Origin: the human T2T-CHM13v2.0 reference genome, Homo sapiens
Strand: one strand, 5' to 3'
NCBI RefSeq assembly: GCF_009914755.1
Contig: NC_060928.1
Length of the DNA: 64,000 bases
The position numbers and the translations under genes were made by a program. Positions 60,699 through 64,000 of the stretch are shown here, piece by piece (position 1 is the stretch's first letter; each line of letters starts with the position of its first letter). The notes beneath the pieces are model-generated. The model saw only the letters and a list, made by a program, of their open reading frames with translations. It was not told where the DNA came from and made no database searches.

Positions 60699-63600
60699 CA
60701 AACTAATACTGATAGATCACTGGGTCTTCAGGACTTTTCACCTAGGCTAACAGTAAAGACACTGGAAAGTTCATCTTTCCCACCTCAGGCAGAGCAAAAT
60801 ATCTACTACCGACCCAATTAACTATAGTTTCAACTGCAGGTGAGTCCTATGGAACTGATGTCTATATGTAGGTGTTATTGCATAGGCTTCTGGGGCATGC
60901 CACATAGTTCTAGAAAAACTCACATGGCTTAGGAGACAAGTTTAAAGTTATGTCTGGAGAGCAAGGTAGAAGGGGCTGAAACATCTCAAATATCAACTTC
61001 CTTTTAGAACAAGATGTGGAGTAGTGCAGGATCTGTCAATGGCACTCCCGCCATTCCTAAGGCTGCTTATGTACTTCTGAGCTTTGGCCTGATGCGTGTT
61101 TGTCTGTCTTGCAACTGGCCTCACTCCAATCTGAACTCCTGATGTCTCTTAAAGCTTGCCTGAGAACCCAGCTTTTTAGTAGCTCAAATCCTTACTATCC
61201 CTTAGGATAGCATTACTTTGAAAATCCTCAGTTGTGCCAAGACCATTTCGGATTCAACCTATTTTTGGGGTTCCTGCTTAGTGTCTAGTGTCTACCTAGA
61301 GCTGCTTGATGCCAGAGGCTAGTGGCTTCTTTACCAGGAAACTGATGGTAGCCATGTCACTTCTTGGCATCAAACCTGTCTAAAACAGTCCCTAGCTGAA
61401 GACGACTTTCTTCCTAATTGTCAGCCATTCAGATGAGAGAAGTTTACAGGTGGTCGAAGGTGAGAACTAAGTGATAGAAACTGGAACCAGGTGTACTGAA
61501 ACTCTTGACTCTAGGAGAAACTAATTTCTTGAGGGATTTGTTAAAGGTAACTTATCAAGACCCACTTCCTCCCAATCTACACAGATTACATGTTTAATTT
61601 GGGCCAGTAACTTTTAAGTCTTTAGAATCTTGACATAATCTAGCAAAGTAAGACTGCTCTAGGTGTGGCAGGAAGCATGTAAGCAGAACCCCTTGCTGGC
61701 CTACTGCCGCAAGGAGCCCAGAGAATCCCCGAGGCATTGGAACAGTCTGAGGGGTCTAAACATACTTCTGCTTATTGAGGTGCTTGCCCAGTAGAGTTCT
61801 CCGAATCAGTCCCTGATGAGGGAGGTGCCTCAAGCTTGCAGCTGTGGTCACAGGATTAACTTCTCAATTCTCAGGCTACCCATAGGGAGATGCCATATCT
61901 TGGTTTAATCCTGTTTCTGTGGCAGATTTCAGCTTACTGCTCACACTCTGGGTCTCACGGCTCCTATGACATCAGTTTCAGTACTGTAGGTCTGATCTTC
62001 AGTTGGGGGTGGTGCTGGAGAAAGTGCTCTCACTAGGGAGCTGGGCCCTCACTGTTTCTGAATCCTCTGATCCATAAAGCAATTGTAGTGTGCCTACAAA
62101 CGGGCCCTCTGACATCTGACTTTCAAATGGTTGGGATCTTTTTCCTCAGGGAATAGATTCTTTAAAAAAGCCCCTGAGTGAGAGCAGAGCGGTGGCTGGA
62201 GGTTATTCGGGCTAAATGGTTTCTCCGGCTGCCACCCAAACTGAAATGCTTTACCTAGCAATGGTCATGAGGCAGGTGACTGGAGCAAGTAACTGCTGGT
62301 AGCAAACGAGCCTGTTGAAGCATTTGTGCAGGACTGGTCTGACTGGCCTGGAGAGATTAGTTAACACCCTTGCACACTGAGCACACTCCAGAGGGGAGTC
62401 CCTGCCCTCCAGGAACTTACAACGTAGCTTGAAGGAACATGAAGACCCAGCTGTAGCTTGTTACTTAATGGCAATAGAAAATGGGTGAGGGAGTGCTGGC
62501 TGGGAATTGGAACTGACTTTCAAGTCTGGGTTTTTTCCTGTGAAGTAATTCTCAATGGAGTAGACTTCAGCTCTGGCCTAAACGCTACATTACAGTGCCT
62601 TTGTGTATCTAAATTCTGGTGTCTAATCTGGAATAACCTTTCCCAACTATGTGACAGAAGTTTGGGCGCTCTAGGAAGCATAAAGTGAGGGGGATGGAAC
62701 TTGTCTTCAGTAGGTAAGCCCTGTAGATGACAATGTGGTCTTACTTCCTTAATGTGGTGGCCTGGTAGAAGCATGGCTAAGTTGAGATGGGGAAGAAGCC
62801 TAGGAAAGCCCAGGATGACTTCTGGTCTATTTTACTGCTGAAACAGTCTGGAGAACTTGTAGAGATGCAAAAATTGGTCATGATCAACAGGACAGTCAAA
62901 GGGACCTAATGTGCCATGTGTCTTTGGGACTGGGGTTAGGAACTCCCAGATAGAAGGGGATGTGATATAAACAGAACAGTCTTGTGATTTTGTCTAGTTC
63001 TGAAATCACCTCTTTTTAAAGAGCTCTCAACTCCTATCTGCAAATGTGTTTGGAACGCTTCCAGATCAAGTTCTCTGTGCATCCTCTTTAGAGGGAATTT
63101 ATAGGAGCCTCTAGAACAGTGCTGAGACACACGAGCCAAAAGTATAAGCCATATATAGTCAGTCCCATTAAAGAAAAACGAATATCTTTAACCCAAGAGA
63201 TGCTTATTTTGACATGTAACCCAGCTTATTCTTGGTACTGAGCCTGGTATGCATTTTAAACTTAGTGTATCAATTGAGATGGGTCCTATCAAGTGCTCAA
63301 TGAATAGTGGTTATATTGGAGAGCACAGCTCTGGATAAAACATAACTTTAAGTTTTTGTTTTTGTTTAATTCATTTGTTACCGCTTTAGGGAAATGCTGA
63401 TCTAAAATGACGGTAGAATGTAGTGTCAGTATTGCTGTCTGAGTGCAAATCCTTGGAAACTTCCAGGAACTAGTAGGCTAGAACCACTTGTATTACTTGG
63501 ACTTTGTCAGAATGACTGCCTTTGTGTAAAACACCATTCTGTCAGCAATATGACCATTTTCCATACCCCTAGCAATCACTTTGATTATTGTGGGTAAGCT

Positions 63601-64000
63601 TTGTCCTGGCATCTTCTATGCCATCTATATCTAAAGCACCCATTCCAAAGCTCATTTTAGTAACTTATTTGTCCTGAGCACGGGAAATGGGAAGAATACA
63701 AGTAACTCTCATTCAATATCTTCCAGTTTTCAGTTTGGGTTACTGGTATTCTTTAGATCCTGGACAACACACTGAGAGGTTACAGGTGTCTAGAGATCAA
63801 GTACTTGAGAGCATTTAACATCTATGCTGTAGTGCCCAATTCCTATCCCAAAAGCTCAAGCGCCCACAACTCCCCTTCCTATTATACCTAAATCAGGCTG
63901 GAGTGTGCTTTTCAGTGATGTGCTATATTAGCTTTCTAAGCCAACAGGAGTATATACCTTATTCAATTTACTTGGACTTGATGTTGATGTGTTACCTATA

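Overview
Human-type (primate) genomic DNA, rich in Alu, LTR, DNA-transposon and MIR repeats. It contains one complete protein-coding gene, CCNG2 (cyclin G2), on the + strand. The gene has a CpG-island promoter (~21.35-23.23 kb), a non-coding exon 1 ending at 22300, and seven coding exons (23327-30718) that splice through GT-AG introns into a 1035-nt ORF (344 aa). Its 3' UTR carries several AATAAA signals and probably ends near 34850. The flanks are mostly transposon fossils, including a U6 snRNA retrocopy split by an Alu, a tiny RPL23A-like retrocopy and an ERVL pol relic. Nearly all other ORFs in the supplied track are Alu-derived or chance. I see no evidence of a wholly new biological system. 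The most interesting observations are candidate CCNG2 post-transcriptional controls (a G-quadruplex directly before a uORF, a start-codon context set by splicing, a PEST-less last-intron isoform, a dense UGUA/Pumilio cluster) and several unusual insertion or rearrangement scars. Repeat family names come from memory of consensus sequences, not from a database search; repeat boundaries are approximate unless a TSD is cited.
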